Assembly (NCBI GenBank): GCA_045837725.1
Contig: JBEWZL010000109.1
Location: forward strand, 1-64,000
Reading direction: 5' to 3'
DNA from: Vermamoeba vermiformis
Lineage: Eukaryota
DNA: 64,000 nt
Part shown: piece after piece, positions 24,247 through 38,631 of the stretch
Position numbering within the stretch: position 1 is the first letter of the stretch
Layout of the letters: every line of letters starts with the position of its first letter
The notes under the pieces: generated by a model
Told to the model about the DNA's origin: nothing
Database searches by the model: none
The model's input: the letters and a program-made list of their open reading frames with translations, nothing else
Program-made: the position numbers and the translations under genes

Positions 24247-26193
24247 ATGTCTATAGATTTCATATCACCGCCCCTTGAAATTAATCCTGAACCAGAGGCT
24301 GATTGGCCTACGTATTGGAATACGAGAGAAAAGTCACATTACTTGGAGATTGGATTGGATCGACTCAAAGTAAAATATACAGGCAAAGGCCTTCATCCAT
24401 ATGATGTCGGAGTAAGTATCATAGTTTATTTCGATATTTCATTTGCGAGACTCTTCATCTAAGCAAGTTTTCATTGCACATCCGGACAAACGCAAAACAA
24501 TTTCGTTTATTTTTTTATAAATATTCGTAATAATTCGTAATATACTATTCCTTAATATTTATGTTATATTTATTCGCGTATTTCAAATTTCTGAATTACT
24601 GACGTAATTTTTCAAAAAGACAATCCGTACCGCAAAGCCATTACCTTCAAATGTTCCAATAGCCTATTTTGAAATTACAATTATTGATGCTGGTGCACGA
24701 GGGTATGTAATTTACCAACACTTATCCAATGTTATTCATACACTAAAAATTTCAGATCCGTTCAAAATAATTTATTTGGGTATTCATTTAACTTTAAAAT
24801 ATAGGTCTATTGGCATTGGATTATCAACCGAAGGCTTCATTTTGAATAAAAAACCAGGCTGGGACGACAGGTAATTTAAAGGAAAAATTTTTCGTAATTG
24901 CGGATCTAGATCTTGCTAACATTGGTTCTAAATATAGCTCGTGGGGGTATCACTCTGACGGAAAAAAATGTAATGACAATGTCAGGGGCGAGGCTTATGG
25001 CCAACCATTTACAGCCGGGGATATTGTAGGATGTGGCGTCAATTACGCAAAACAAGAGGTCTTCTTCACTTTGAACGGCGTGCATTTAGGCACAGCTTTT
25101 CGACGAATCGGCGAGACAGTGTATCCGACTATAGGCCTGCATAGTCCTGGTGAAATTGTCATTGCAAACTTTGGACAAAATGTTTTCAGGTTTGACGTGC
25201 AACAAATGATCGCCGTAAGTTCTTCCAACAATTTCCTAATTAGGAAATAACAGCTGCCCTTTGTCGTTATATGTTTTTTTCTCAAGCCCTAACCCTCGAT
25301 CTTTGCAGCAAGAAAAGTTTCAGCAAGAAAAAGAAATCAATGAAATGTCGGTCTCTGTGCGCACGATGCACGAGCTCGTAAGAAAATATTTGCTGCACCA
25401 CGGCTACGGCGACACACTGCACGCCTTTGACAAGACGAGCAAGCCAGATGATGTTCATGAACGCGCATTGTATGATAGTTTGGACAATAGGAAACGTGAG
25501 CACAACACGAATTTTTTGACTCGAATTTAATTTTCACTGAACCATTCGTTCATGAAAACTTATTTGGCGCTATTTTTAGGTCTACGTGAGTTGATTATGC
25601 ACGGAGATGTCAAATCAGCGATTGAATTGACGAGCAAATTATATAACGGATTACTGCAGCACCACACTGAAGTTTATTTCTATTTATGTGCGCAACAATT
25701 CCTCGAATTAATTAGGCAATTGAAGTTTGATGAAGCTGTGGTATACGCACAACAGCATTTAGGACCATTTATGGACAGCGAGCACGTGTTTTTGTCGCAG
25801 CACTTGAAGGTACCCCAAATGAAGTCTTTGCAAAAATTTTATGAATTTTATTAACGCCGGTGTTTGCAGGACTGTTGTGCGTTGTTATGTTACACGGAGC
25901 CCATGAAATCTCCGATGAGTCATTTATTATCTGTGACGCAAAGAGAATTCGTCGCGGATAAATTGAACGCAGCCATCGTCCGTAAGTCCGAACACTTTTA
26001 ATCTTTGCAAGAGTTTCGCTAATTGTTGTCTGTTTTTCCTTTTATAGAAATAAGTAATCTCAAGCAATCGCAGTTGGAGTATTTATGTAAATATTTGATT
26101 ATCGCTCAACGAAAACTCCGAGAACAAAACGGATCGAAAGGCGAAGTGTTTAATATGGACGAGATTGTTAATACTGATCAGAAACAATGGTGA
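24247..26193 (+). CDS. RanBP9/RanBP10 (RanBPM/GID1-like) SPRY-LisH-CTLH-CRA protein
   Basis: YFEITIIDAG, PGWDD, WGYHSDG, YPTIGLHSPGE, LisH LVRKYLLHHGYGDT and CTLH/CRA segments. Confidence 0.92.
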
Positions 26194-26305
26194 TCGAGGG
26201 TTCGTTTTGACACGTGTCATTTTTTGTGACACTTGCTCACGTAAATAATCGCAACTTTGTACAAAATGTAAAAAAAAACCTTTTTAGCAATAAACAAATT
26301 ACAAT

Positions 26306-28151
26306 CTACATAAAAGGCCCTGGATTATTGTGCCAAATGATATCATCTCCATTTTGGTTAAAATTTGGCAGTTCGACTTGAGCAAAGAGCCTCTGGGCTT
26401 TAATAATAGCCTTGAGGTCAATATCAATCTCCATGCCAAGTTTTTTCAACAAATCAATCTTTGCTTGAATTTGTTTGGAATGCAATTTGATCATCGAATA
26501 TTTTTTGAGTTCTTCTTTGAGTACGGCTGGATCGAGTGGACAGCCCTCTTGTACCAAATATTGTACCTGTTCTTCGGTGCCCTGTAATATGGCTCTTACA
26601 AATGCGTTAGTACTCCACGGGCCTATCAAAAATATATCATTATCAACCATATTAAATAATTACTAGTATAGTATTTTGTACGTACATCCATGCTCGCGCA
26701 AGTACTTCAAACATTGCATTCGATTACAGACCAATGCTTCAATCAGCACCGATTCGTCCAACGCACCACCATGCTCGCACACATAAATCAAGCAATCCAA
26801 TTTGTCATATCGTGCTGCTAACTTCGCGGAAGTGCTAAACAACTGGGCTCCGTGCTCGTGTGCAAATTTCAAACAACTCAAACGTCCTTATTCAAAGCCG
26901 GTGGTGGTGAATTAATTGAATTTGACATGTTCCAATAAAGTCCACCCAAAATTACATTGCAAATGTCATCAGGCATTGGACATCCTGCGTCATCGGTTAG
27001 TCCTCAGATTTTTTCCCATTTAACCAAAGCGTCACACGTACCGTTTTCAATCGCGTATTTCATGCATTTGAAGTGTCTGTGGGCAGCTGCTATTTTGACA
27101 GTCTCGCTCGTCCATTCAGCACCGTTCTCGTGCGAGTACTTCAAAGTCTCGTAATTTCCAGTCTCAGCTGCACGGTAACAGGTCGTGGATTGAAACGACC
27201 AGCCTAATGAACGCAAGTACTTCATGCAGTCCACGTGACAATCGTACGAGTACAAAAGACTCCTATGGTTAACATTTACAATCTTCTCAACTTCAACGAG
27301 GTACTTTAAGAACTCCACATTGCCCGTCGCAAAAACAGCGCTGAGTACCGCAGTAATATTTTCTGGGCCATCTGCGTGAAAAAATTGGTGAGTAGATTGA
27401 TGCTAGAGTGACACTTGGACACGTCGGTGACACGTGCACTTACATCCGATAGACCGGAGATATTTATACATGTCTAGGTGGCCGTACTTTGCAGCTTTAT
27501 CACATGCATCTGAGCTGATTAAACAGTTGTGCTCTCGTAGGTATTGCAGGACTTCTACATTGCCGCTCATTATGGCATTGATGCTCATACTTTTGTACAT
27601 TGTTGAAACGTTCCAAACACATCCATTATCTCTCGCGTATTTGAGTACTTCCAAGTGACCTCCTCGTGCAGCCATTTCGCACGTTCCTAGCAAATTAAAG
27701 GTTGGAAAATTTTGAAAGATCCCGATCAAAACTTAGAATGGCTTACCTTCGCTAAATCTAACGCCATGTCCTCGCATTAATTTGATACATGATAAAGCAC
27801 CCCACTCTGCTAATACAGGCATCGTAGCAATGCGAAGGTTGTGAGATTTCTCTTTGATCTTGTTTGCAATCGCGTAATCTTTCACTGCTTGATAGAATCG
27901 CTTGCAAACTAATTTTAAAAATGGTAAAATAAATTCTATTTCGTTAACCACTGGATAATATCTTCTTTCAACGCTCAGATGGCATAAAATTAAATTCCAC
28001 AGCTCTTTAGGGACTCTATCTGGATCCTAATTGATATTTTGTATGTCAGATTACTCAAATTAATATCTAAAAATGCTAAAAGCTTTAAACTTGAGTAATT
28101 CGCTGCACTTACAAAGACCAACTGATCCTCAACGGTTATTGTGGCTTCCAT
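26306..28151 (-). CDS. F-box-like plus ankyrin-repeat protein, multi-exon
   Basis: VPKELWNLIL...LVCKRF at the N-terminus; repeats of type CEMAARGGHLEVLKYARDNGCVW. Confidence 0.85.
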
Positions 28152-28551
28152 TTCCTTGTGCGCTGTGATAATTATATCCCCAGTGTCGTAGTATTATCAA
28201 ATTGTTGGATGAAAATAATAGTTGGCGTTTCTGACATTCTGATTTTTCAAGTGATTCAAAATTGCTCGTTAGAATTTGGTTCTTCTAGGCACACTATGCT
28301 AATTAATGCTATAATAATAAACTATAGTTCATATATTCATTTTACAATCGCTTTTATTGCGTCTAATCGTACATTACACTTCGGCTATTTGATTTTTGTT
28401 TTTTGTTTTTTGACAACAATCGATTGAAGTGCCGCATTAAATATGGTGAATAATAATACAAGAGGTAACAATACCATATAAATAATCGCTACGGCAACAA
28501 CAAAGTATTATCGTTATTGTAACCGTTTTCAAATCCGGATGTGGATCCGCA

Positions 28552-31500
28552 TTATTTCTTCTGTGGCTCTATCTTCAATGAAATTTGATAGAGTTCTTCT
28601 TCCGCCATTGTATTATCTAACTTTTCCAAGAACATTTCCAATTCTGGCTCAACTTGATGCAAGTAATCGTGTCCTTGATACTTCTTGATCTCCTTCACGA
28701 TTGCGTACAACATGCGCAGCTTTTCAAAGTTGATCATATCGCCAGGCAATATACTCATATTGGTCTCTTCGATCGCAAATAAAAATTTGGTAAACAAGCC
28801 TGGAAATTTGGGATCAGATCGTGCCGTCAAAGTTGGATCTTCAAGACCATTTACTTACCTATATAAGGTACTACGGGCAAGTGTGCTTGTGCTAAAGCAT
28901 CACGATAATTCTTATAATTGAATCGCATGCTGAATAGCTCGTCGATCTGTTCCAAGATCTTGATCGACTTTTTGTGCACTTTCTGTACGATGAATAAGAG
29001 CATGAGATAGTGTCACAATAACAATAAGTACATGAGTAATAACGTACCACCCACGTGCTCTTCAGACGTGAAATAGAGACAGCGTTCATGGCCGTGAAGA
29101 TTGCCAGGGCCGTGTTGAAGTTGTTCTCTTCAATGCACGCAGCAGCAATGTCCAAGAAGTGCGAGATCGCTTGTGCTCGTTGTTTTGAATTAGCACTGCC
29201 CAGAACAATCGATTGAACCCATCGTCCCAACTACATTGCACGTTAGTAATTGGCTCTGAACTAACTCAATGACTATAACTCACAGTATTGAAACGAACTG
29301 TCATCTTGACAAAGTTGACGCCATTGACTGGATCCACGAAAGACTGCATGAAAAGGGTCAGTAACTCAGCCACATATGACAGCTAATCCGACGTACCTTA
29401 TTCAAACACTCACGAGGAGTGATCGCTTTAAACAATCGATGATCAATGGCGCTCAATGCATTGGCAATCTTGCGTGCATCAATCGTTAAAATATCAATCT
29501 TGCTCTTGCTCTTGCTGGCCTCGATCTTCTTTTGCTGTTCCTTTTGCTAAACACGCCTTTGTTAGACAACCCCGTAGTACAGTAAATAAGCTACACGTAC
29601 CAAAAAGTTGGATTTGATTTGGTTCAGTGTTGCAGGCAAGAACATGTCGTTCAAGAACTGCGACACGATCGTCTCTTCTTCTTTCGTTTTGAACGTGTCA
29701 CGTGTCGTGCTGCGAATGAACTGCTTGAACTTGTCGACAAAGACTGGCTTCTTTTGAAATTCTTCACGTTGTGTTTTCACCCACATCTTGAGCAATTGCA
29801 GAATTCTACAAAAATGTTAGTTCCAGTGCGCTTTAAACCAAGAATGAACGTACCTGACTCTGTTGTTCAACTGCCACTTCTTCAAGTCCGTGCCACTCAT
29901 CTTGTGGAAAACAGCGACGAGCTTATCGAGCAGATCTTGTGGCTCGATGAAGTAATAATACGCAATCAAGAACAAGTCAATAAAGTCTCGGTCTGTGGAG
30001 GAGTTAGAATATGCAAACTCGACGTGTCATTGCAGTACGTACCATTGTAATTCGTGTCTAACAGCTTGGCAACCAAATTATCAATCTTCGATGACTGAAT
30101 AATCAAGTGACCTTCTTTCATTTGATACGCGATATCAGGGAATGATTTCTGGGAATTAATCTGTTAGCCAGGGCACGATTTAAGTGCACCTAGGACTTAC
30201 GCTAAATATATATTTTCGCTCAGCAATCAAAACCTTCATCAAGTTGGTGACTTTTTGGTCCATTTCTTTGTCGTCCTGGCTGAAATTAAGAATGCACTTT
30301 TCACGAGGAATAGGTTCGACGGCATTATCCTTCTCGGCCTCGGCAGCATTAGTGTCGCTCTTGCTCGGTGAAGCCTTCTTGCTCTTTAATGTGTTGTTCT
30401 TGCTGCGTGTCGCTGGTGACTTTGTGCCAATGCTTTCATCAGAGGTGTTCAGTGACCGGACAAACACGCCAGCCGAACTTCTCAGCATGTTATTCACGTT
30501 CAGCAAAGCTGTGTCGCTTTGAGATTGTTCAGGTCGTCTTGGTTCGACTTCAGTCTCTTCATTGGCCTCGGGAATAGCCGCTGCCTTCTCTGGTGTCTTG
30601 TTCAATTGCCCAGACTCGGACAGCTCGCTCTCAGACTCTTCAGTCTTGGGCACCGAAGCGGGGCCAGTCCACGACATGCGCTTCTCGAGCGTACGTCTCG
30701 GTGAGGCCTCATTGGAGTCTTCGATGTTGGCAAGGGTTAAAGCGTTGGGTGGTGTACTGGATGGGGTATGTGACTGCGAAATGTTGTCCTTGAACGAGGA
30801 TCTCTTTCGGATCTTCGACCTAGAACTTGCTTTTGATTGGTCGACGATATTATCCGTGGATTTACTCTCGATTATTTCTTTCTTTGGCTTAGGAGATTGC
30901 TTGTTCTTTTCTTTCTCCTGCAGAACGGTCCGTTAATCTCCGCATTAATCTCGCGAAGATTCAAATTTTTCCGATATTACGTACCTTTTGCTTCTCCTTC
31001 TCTTTGTTCTTTTGTCCCTTGTTCTTCTTAGTGGTGACTTTCGGCGAATCGACTGTTTCTTTTCGTTCTTCACTTTCTTCCTTTTTATCCTTCTTGTCCT
31101 CGTCTTTGTCTTTCTTCTCCTTCTCGGGTGTCTCTCGTGTACTATCTTTTGGTGCCTCTTCCACGGGCTTTTCCTCCGTTCTGCCGGTCTCAGGTCGAGG
31201 TGTAGTTCCCGGCAAGTCCGTCAACGACGGCTGCGGTGAGAGCGAATTGATGGGCTTGATGACTTCAAAGCGACTTGACAACAAGGAGTGTCGCTTGGCC
31301 AATGCAGCACCAAAGCAAAGCAACAACTCTTCAGTCTCGCGCTTGCTCCAGGCAACTGTCTTAGCCTCGAGTTCTTCTTTCGTCAATTCGACTTCATTGC
31401 TCGTAGACGACTCTGCTTGTGGATCTTCGGCTTGTTGTTCGCCGCTGCTTTGATCTTTCTTGTCGTCCTTATCGTGCTTCAAGTTAAATGACTTGGATAC

Positions 31501-34192
31501 GAGATGGTCCAAGAAAATTAAAATCTTTTTCAATAACTGACGGTGTAATATCGGCAAAGAATAAATTAGTGAATGGAGGGTGATTCGTCGCTGTTCTGCA
31601 TCCTCGATAGCTACAAATAACACGTAAGCAACTCTGTTCGTGCCTGAGATAGATATTAGGCCTTACCTTGTGCTTCGATAAAATAGTAAAATTTATCACT
31701 GAGCACGGGATCGCCAGCCAAATCGGTTAAAAATGTCAAGAGCAAACTCGTCACAATCTTCGTGTCACGAATATCTTTCACTTGTTTCGCGCCTATGCTC
31801 ACAGTTAGAGCCGCATAACCATAATAGTATTGCACGTACCAGCTTCAATGGATTGCTTGTTGAACTCAACGACGTCCAAAGGGATGGGATGTCGATAAGA
31901 AAAGCTCAATTGGAAGTCCTCTTGTGTGGACGCTTTCATAATTTGATCGACGCACTCGTCCACGAACAACGGCGTCTTTCTACCGCCAGAACATAAATTA
32001 TCCAAACTATCAGCGAAGATTTTCTCTATGAAAATAGATGACGATTAAAAAAAATTGTTATTTCGAATTGCAACTTACTTTTCAAAATCTTCTTGGATAG
32101 AAATTCGTTCTGGCCAGTACGCGCTGACAACCAATTGTCCAGCTTTGAGCTAAAAGTAAACTTTTGCGAGACTTTTGTAATGAGTGCTAAAAAACGGTGA
32201 AATTAATATTAGCCGTTGCAATAATATCAATGAAATTTCTTACGAGGTCTGAATTTGCCAGACATAGCTCTCGGAGTTGTCGGGTTCGATGGAGCACTGC
32301 TCGAACGATTTGAAATTGCACCGTCTGAAGTCTCGGTGATAGTTTCCAACGAAGCAGCCGTTGGCAATGCAACTGGAGGAATTTCTGGCTTGCTTATTGA
32401 CGCGACAATTTCTAACGTCGTTGGTGGAGGTTCACTGCCACTCTCACTGTCATCCAAAATATCTTCCGACTCGCTCTTCAACGGGACCTCCGTGACTGCC
32501 TTAACTTCAGTGGGTTGTGTTTCCTTGTTGGTATTATTAGCCTGAGTCTCGACGGCTGTATTATTGTTCTGAGTCCCGGCTACTACTGCATTATTGGTGG
32601 TTTGTTCGGGTTCTTTAGGTACGGGCAGAAGTTCCGCACTCGCCGCAGCGTTTGCAACCGCGACTGTCACGACATCAGTTGGTGAATGAACAGCCGTGTC
32701 AATCGTGTCAACTGTCGCTGTGACGACTTTGCGCGGTGAAGATGGTGCGCTTGGTGGCTTTTCACGGCGTGGTGAAACAATACGTAATGCTGCTTGACCC
32801 AGTCTTTCGAGCGACTTTTGAGATTTCATTTTCTTTTTTAACTTCTTTCTCTTCCTTTATAATAATAAATCAAGTATTAATATATGACAGGTGAGCTGAT
32901 TTGTTTCGTGTTGCAAGCCGAATTTTGGTTATTTTTAGTGCCGTAAGACAAGTTTGACGTATATTTAATAAATAGGATAGTCATAATGATATACTTATTT
33001 AGTATTATTAAGTGCATAAGATTATAAATTATCAATCGTGTGAACGGTTTCGAAATAAAATTTAAACGACTACGAAATTCAACAAGTATCTAACAGCGTA
33101 TTTTACTCAATTTAATTTTTGTATGTGACTTAGTAAGCGGAATAATTGCACCGAGAGCAATCTCGGAATTGAATGGATAAAAATTTAATTGAGGATGTGG
33201 TCAAAAAAAATTAAATTGGCTTACTTTTTAATCCATTTGACGACGCTGCCTGCCTCTTCTTTTTCCACATTATTGTCATCATCTTCATCGTCTGAACTTT
33301 CCGAACTGAGCACACTTTCGGCGGGTGGACTTTGCCCATCTGATTTGGGTGACGTTGGCGGAGTAGTATCGTAACTTCGGCTCCTTGAGCTTCTATCAGT
33401 ATTTGCAGTGCTTTTAGGTGATATTGAATGAGTTGGAGAGAGCAAGGAAGGGTCTGTTTGCGAGAGTTTGAGCTGATCGAGTTGCAATTCCATTCGTGAT
33501 GAAGCTGATGTTGCGCGCTGATGCTCGAGGGCAGTAGCCTCAGTGGTATTATTATTTGTAGAGTGCACTCTCATCGAAACAACGCGATGCTTTCGACTTT
33601 TAGAATGGCTGGATTGACTTTGTTGCTCGCCGGTTGTATCTGTATCCTCCGTTTTGCTATCAGCTGCATGTTTATTTACATCTTTTTTAGTCTTCGATTT
33701 TCCTTCGCTAACTCCTCTTTTTCTTTTGGTTTTAGGGCTGGCCGGAGTGCGCAGATCTGCTGGTAAATCTGCTTTGCTTCCACTAGGCTGATCACTCTGG
33801 CCTACAGTCGAGCTACGTGTTCTTGATAATTTTGCTGCGGTACTTGGTGATGGTGGAGGAGTTCCTTCGGGAGAAAGGTCACGAGGAGAGGGATCTCCGT
33901 TACTGTTTAAATTTTCGAAAGAGCGAGACTCGTGTAATGTCCTCCTATTAACTTCGTCTTGTTTTTTCCAGAACTGAAAGACATGCTTGATTTTAGTGCC
34001 TAATCCAACAGTTTTCTTTTTTTGTTTTGGAGATACGGGACTCTCTTCTGTAACCGTCTTCGCTTTAATTTCAAACTCCTTGGCTAGCTCTATTACTCTC
34101 TTTGAATCAACACGCGGAAGGGCAGGTTTTTCACTTGTAACTCTCTCTTCGGATGTTGAGCTTTGGTCTATTTTTGCGTTATTCTCCGTCAT
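28552..34192 (-). CDS. Large RhoGAP-like + REM + RasGEF (CDC25) protein, multi-exon
   Basis: Exons join in frame from ORF 33221-34192. RhoGAP-like PLFVDEC and LPILHRQLLKKIL; REM KIDNLVAKLL and FIDLFL; CDC25 NNFNTALAI, ISRLKSTW and INFEKLR. Confidence 0.85.
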
Positions 34193-34475
34193 TATAGAAG
34201 AATATTATGGCTGTAAATAATCTATTTCATTAATTGGCTGATTAACAGTGCCCTTGTCGATTCATGGTCAACAGTAACAACTCTGAATAGAATTTAAAAA
34301 AATCAATTTTCTTTTTGGGACACACAATCTCGCCGACAAAAATCTGGCACGTTTAAGTCCATAATACAGATATTACAATCATAGGGTCGTCCTTTACCAT
34401 ACCAGACGCGAGTATAAATTTCATTCTGTCCCAAACTAGATCGAAAATCAATTTATTTAATTTAAAAATATTGTG

Positions 34476-36249
34476 TTACAAAGCTTGGTATTGAACGGCT
34501 CTGCTCTTACGGTAAAAGTAGTAACCGATAAGTCCAGCTTCAAGGCCAGCAAAACAACCTAAAATAATTGCAAACACACCACCGATACCGATCGAGCTGT
34601 TACTGATTTGTTGGCCAGTAGGAGTAGCGATGCTAGGAGTGTGGATGACGCTAGTAGGACTGCTACTTGAAGGCTGAGTTTGATGGACAGGACCAATACA
34701 TCGGGCCTAGAAAAAAGATTAGTTTCTCGATCTAGATCTTTTACCGTTATTAGCACTTACCAAATCAATTCTGTAATTATCAGCAAGTTGTTTAGGGAAC
34801 GCCGCAACCTGCTTTTCTGTAATAGAAAGAATTTGCTGACACATCCATGCGCTATAGGACCCACCAATGGTGCCTGTCGTGAGAGATGTCATGTGCGCAG
34901 GATCGATGTTAGGAATAACTTCAACGGGAATAAAAGAGACCACGTTGTATAGATACGCTTGGGTTAACTGGTGTGAATTAACACCGTTCCATTGAGCAGC
35001 GGTCATATTGCCAATTTGATCGGGGGTCAATAGCCTAAGGCCCTCCGAGCGGAAAGCAGCAAACGCAGCAGGATCGATTTTACCAAAGATAACGCCACGA
35101 ATGCCCATGATGTTGAGAAGTTGCATTTCTTGCAACACAGAACGCGTGAAGTGCTGTGCGAAGTCTTGCTCGTGCTCGTCGAGCAGCAAGATCTTGACCC
35201 AATTGACGTAGTGCAGTTCTTCTTTGACCATATCCCAAGAGTACATGTTACTACCACCCTTGATGAAGTGATTGTATATATTTTCTTTGAGTTCAAGCAT
35301 TTTGTAACCCCAAATGTTAGACAATTGCTGAGCGGTCAACGAATCGACCAAAATCTTGCCGTGGAGGAACAACAGCTTATCGAACAGATTGCTATCAGCA
35401 AGTGCTTCCCAGGCACCAGCTCCAAGGTTGATCAGCTGATCGAGAGAAAGGTGCATCCACAGAGTAGCATTTCCATCGATTACTTTCCAATAAGATATCC
35501 CGTGGATTGCGTCAAGCGTCAGTTGACTGAATTGAGGCGATGTGATATTTTGGAAGGCGTCATAATTAAGATTCTGGATGCAGTGCGCCTCCATTGCATG
35601 CAACGTCTCGTCCTTCATAGTATGCATTCGATAATCAATAAAGCAGCAGCCATCACTCGCAAAGCCACTAATTTGCGCAGGACTGATAATTGGGAAGATT
35701 TCTGAGCGAACCTTGCCAAGCTGGTAGCACTCGAATCCGATCAAACTCTCGGGAGACAGAAAGGCGAACTGAGCAGCAGTAATCTCTGCAACAAGGTCTT
35801 CCGTCAACGCTGATATGCAGTGAGAGTCAAAGCCTGCGAAGGAAGCAGGCGGAATATCACCGAAGCATTTGCGTGGATTGAAGTTATTGCACAGATCTCC
35901 TGGAAGCTTCATTTGGTCGACTGTAAATCCTGCGCATGCTTTTTTCTCGAATGAGTGCAATTGTGTGGGCTTGATTTGATGAAAGACGTCGGCAGGAATT
36001 TTTTGAACTTGATCAGTTTGCCACCCGTGAAAGGCCTAGTAATATTTTAAAATTATACGAAGCTAAAAAAATATTAGCACATGATCTTACGTGAGTAGGA
36101 ATCGATACGAGTTGCGCAGCAGTAATATTGGTAAATACTTCGGGGCTTAACTGCTCAAGTTCATGAGCGGTGAGGTGCGCCCAATCGATCTGGCATCGAA
36201 CGGCTCCAATAATTAATGCCAATACTAATAAGGCCGTGTAGAGCTTCAT
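34476..36249 (-). CDS. Type I membrane protein with short helical repeats, 3 exons
   Basis: Signal peptide; recurrent ITAAQL/LSPE/ISPAQI/LTAQQL units; S/T/P stalk; TM GIGVFAIILGCFAGL...; tail ends YQAL. Confidence 0.75.
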
Positions 36250-37102
36250 GGCCTTAATAATGAACAAAGTTAGCGAAGTAGATTCGGTACAATAAAATAA
36301 TAGTGTTCTTATTTGAGCGCTTATTAATATTAGAATTAACCAAACGAGAAAAATAATACAACGATAGCATACCAACGACTGCTTTTGCTCTGCTTGGAAG
36401 TAGAACAAATATATTGCTCTCCATTTTCGCATTTTTGGCTGGGTGGGCTCCCGCAAACCGAGTAGGCGATGCTTAGTCCTTCGACTTCAAGGCTCAAACT
36501 GCTAGCAAGAATAATCGCGATAAGAGCAGTTTAAGCCATCACGCAAACGTCAGTCAAGGATTCGATGCGATCTGTCGCACGCAGCCGATTCTTGCCAAAA
36601 ACACGTCAGATAAAAACAATTAAAATGAACTTTAGTTGGGAAGCGACTATCGTAGTACTAACGAAAGCTATGAACTGCCGTAGACATTATACGAATCTTC
36701 AAGATTGAGTTTAAACAATAGAGAAATATAAAACAAAGAATTTGAAAATACAATGGACCACAATTACTACATAATGATTAATAAATTTAGGTGAAGTAAA
36801 TTTCGCCAAGTAATTTTACCGCAACGGTCAAATCCGGATTTGCAATTTCGCTTTCCAGCACGAGTTATTAAAATTAGATTAAATCTATCAGTTGCAAGCA
36901 CGACTAGTTCAAAATAATACAAACCAATATAGAGACGAGGAAAAGGGATGCAGCGGACCTTCGAAATGCATACTGAGTACGGATCTTGCCTTGCCCAGCG
37001 GATGCTGCTCTTGCGGCTCGTTCGTGAGGCTAGCTGGAGCATCGCTCGAAGTTGAACGGAGAATCACGTATCTTTCCTTATATAGAACGACCCGATGAGT
37101 AA

Positions 37103-38371
<1,269 letters not shown>

Positions 38372-38631
38372 ATTATTTGATCGCCTACGAGCATCTTGTA
38401 ATATTAAAAACCCATAAAAATACACAAATTAAAAAAAATATCGAGTCCTTTATTCATTTCGATTGCTATCGTTACGCGCGCTATTGCCTTCATTTTTGTG
38501 CAATAGAGCAATGCGGATTTTGTGAAAATAGGATTTTGGGGCCGATAAGGCTGGTCGGTAAGTTCGCAATTGTTCATTTTTGTGCAAACACTAGTTTCAA
38601 TTTCAACGCCACAACAAGACCATAACCTTTC

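Noticed and set aside
36555-36594. Small intergenic hairpin containing GATGCGATCTG
   Set aside because: Short and imperfect, with no RNA-family features; at most another instance of the GATC word bias.
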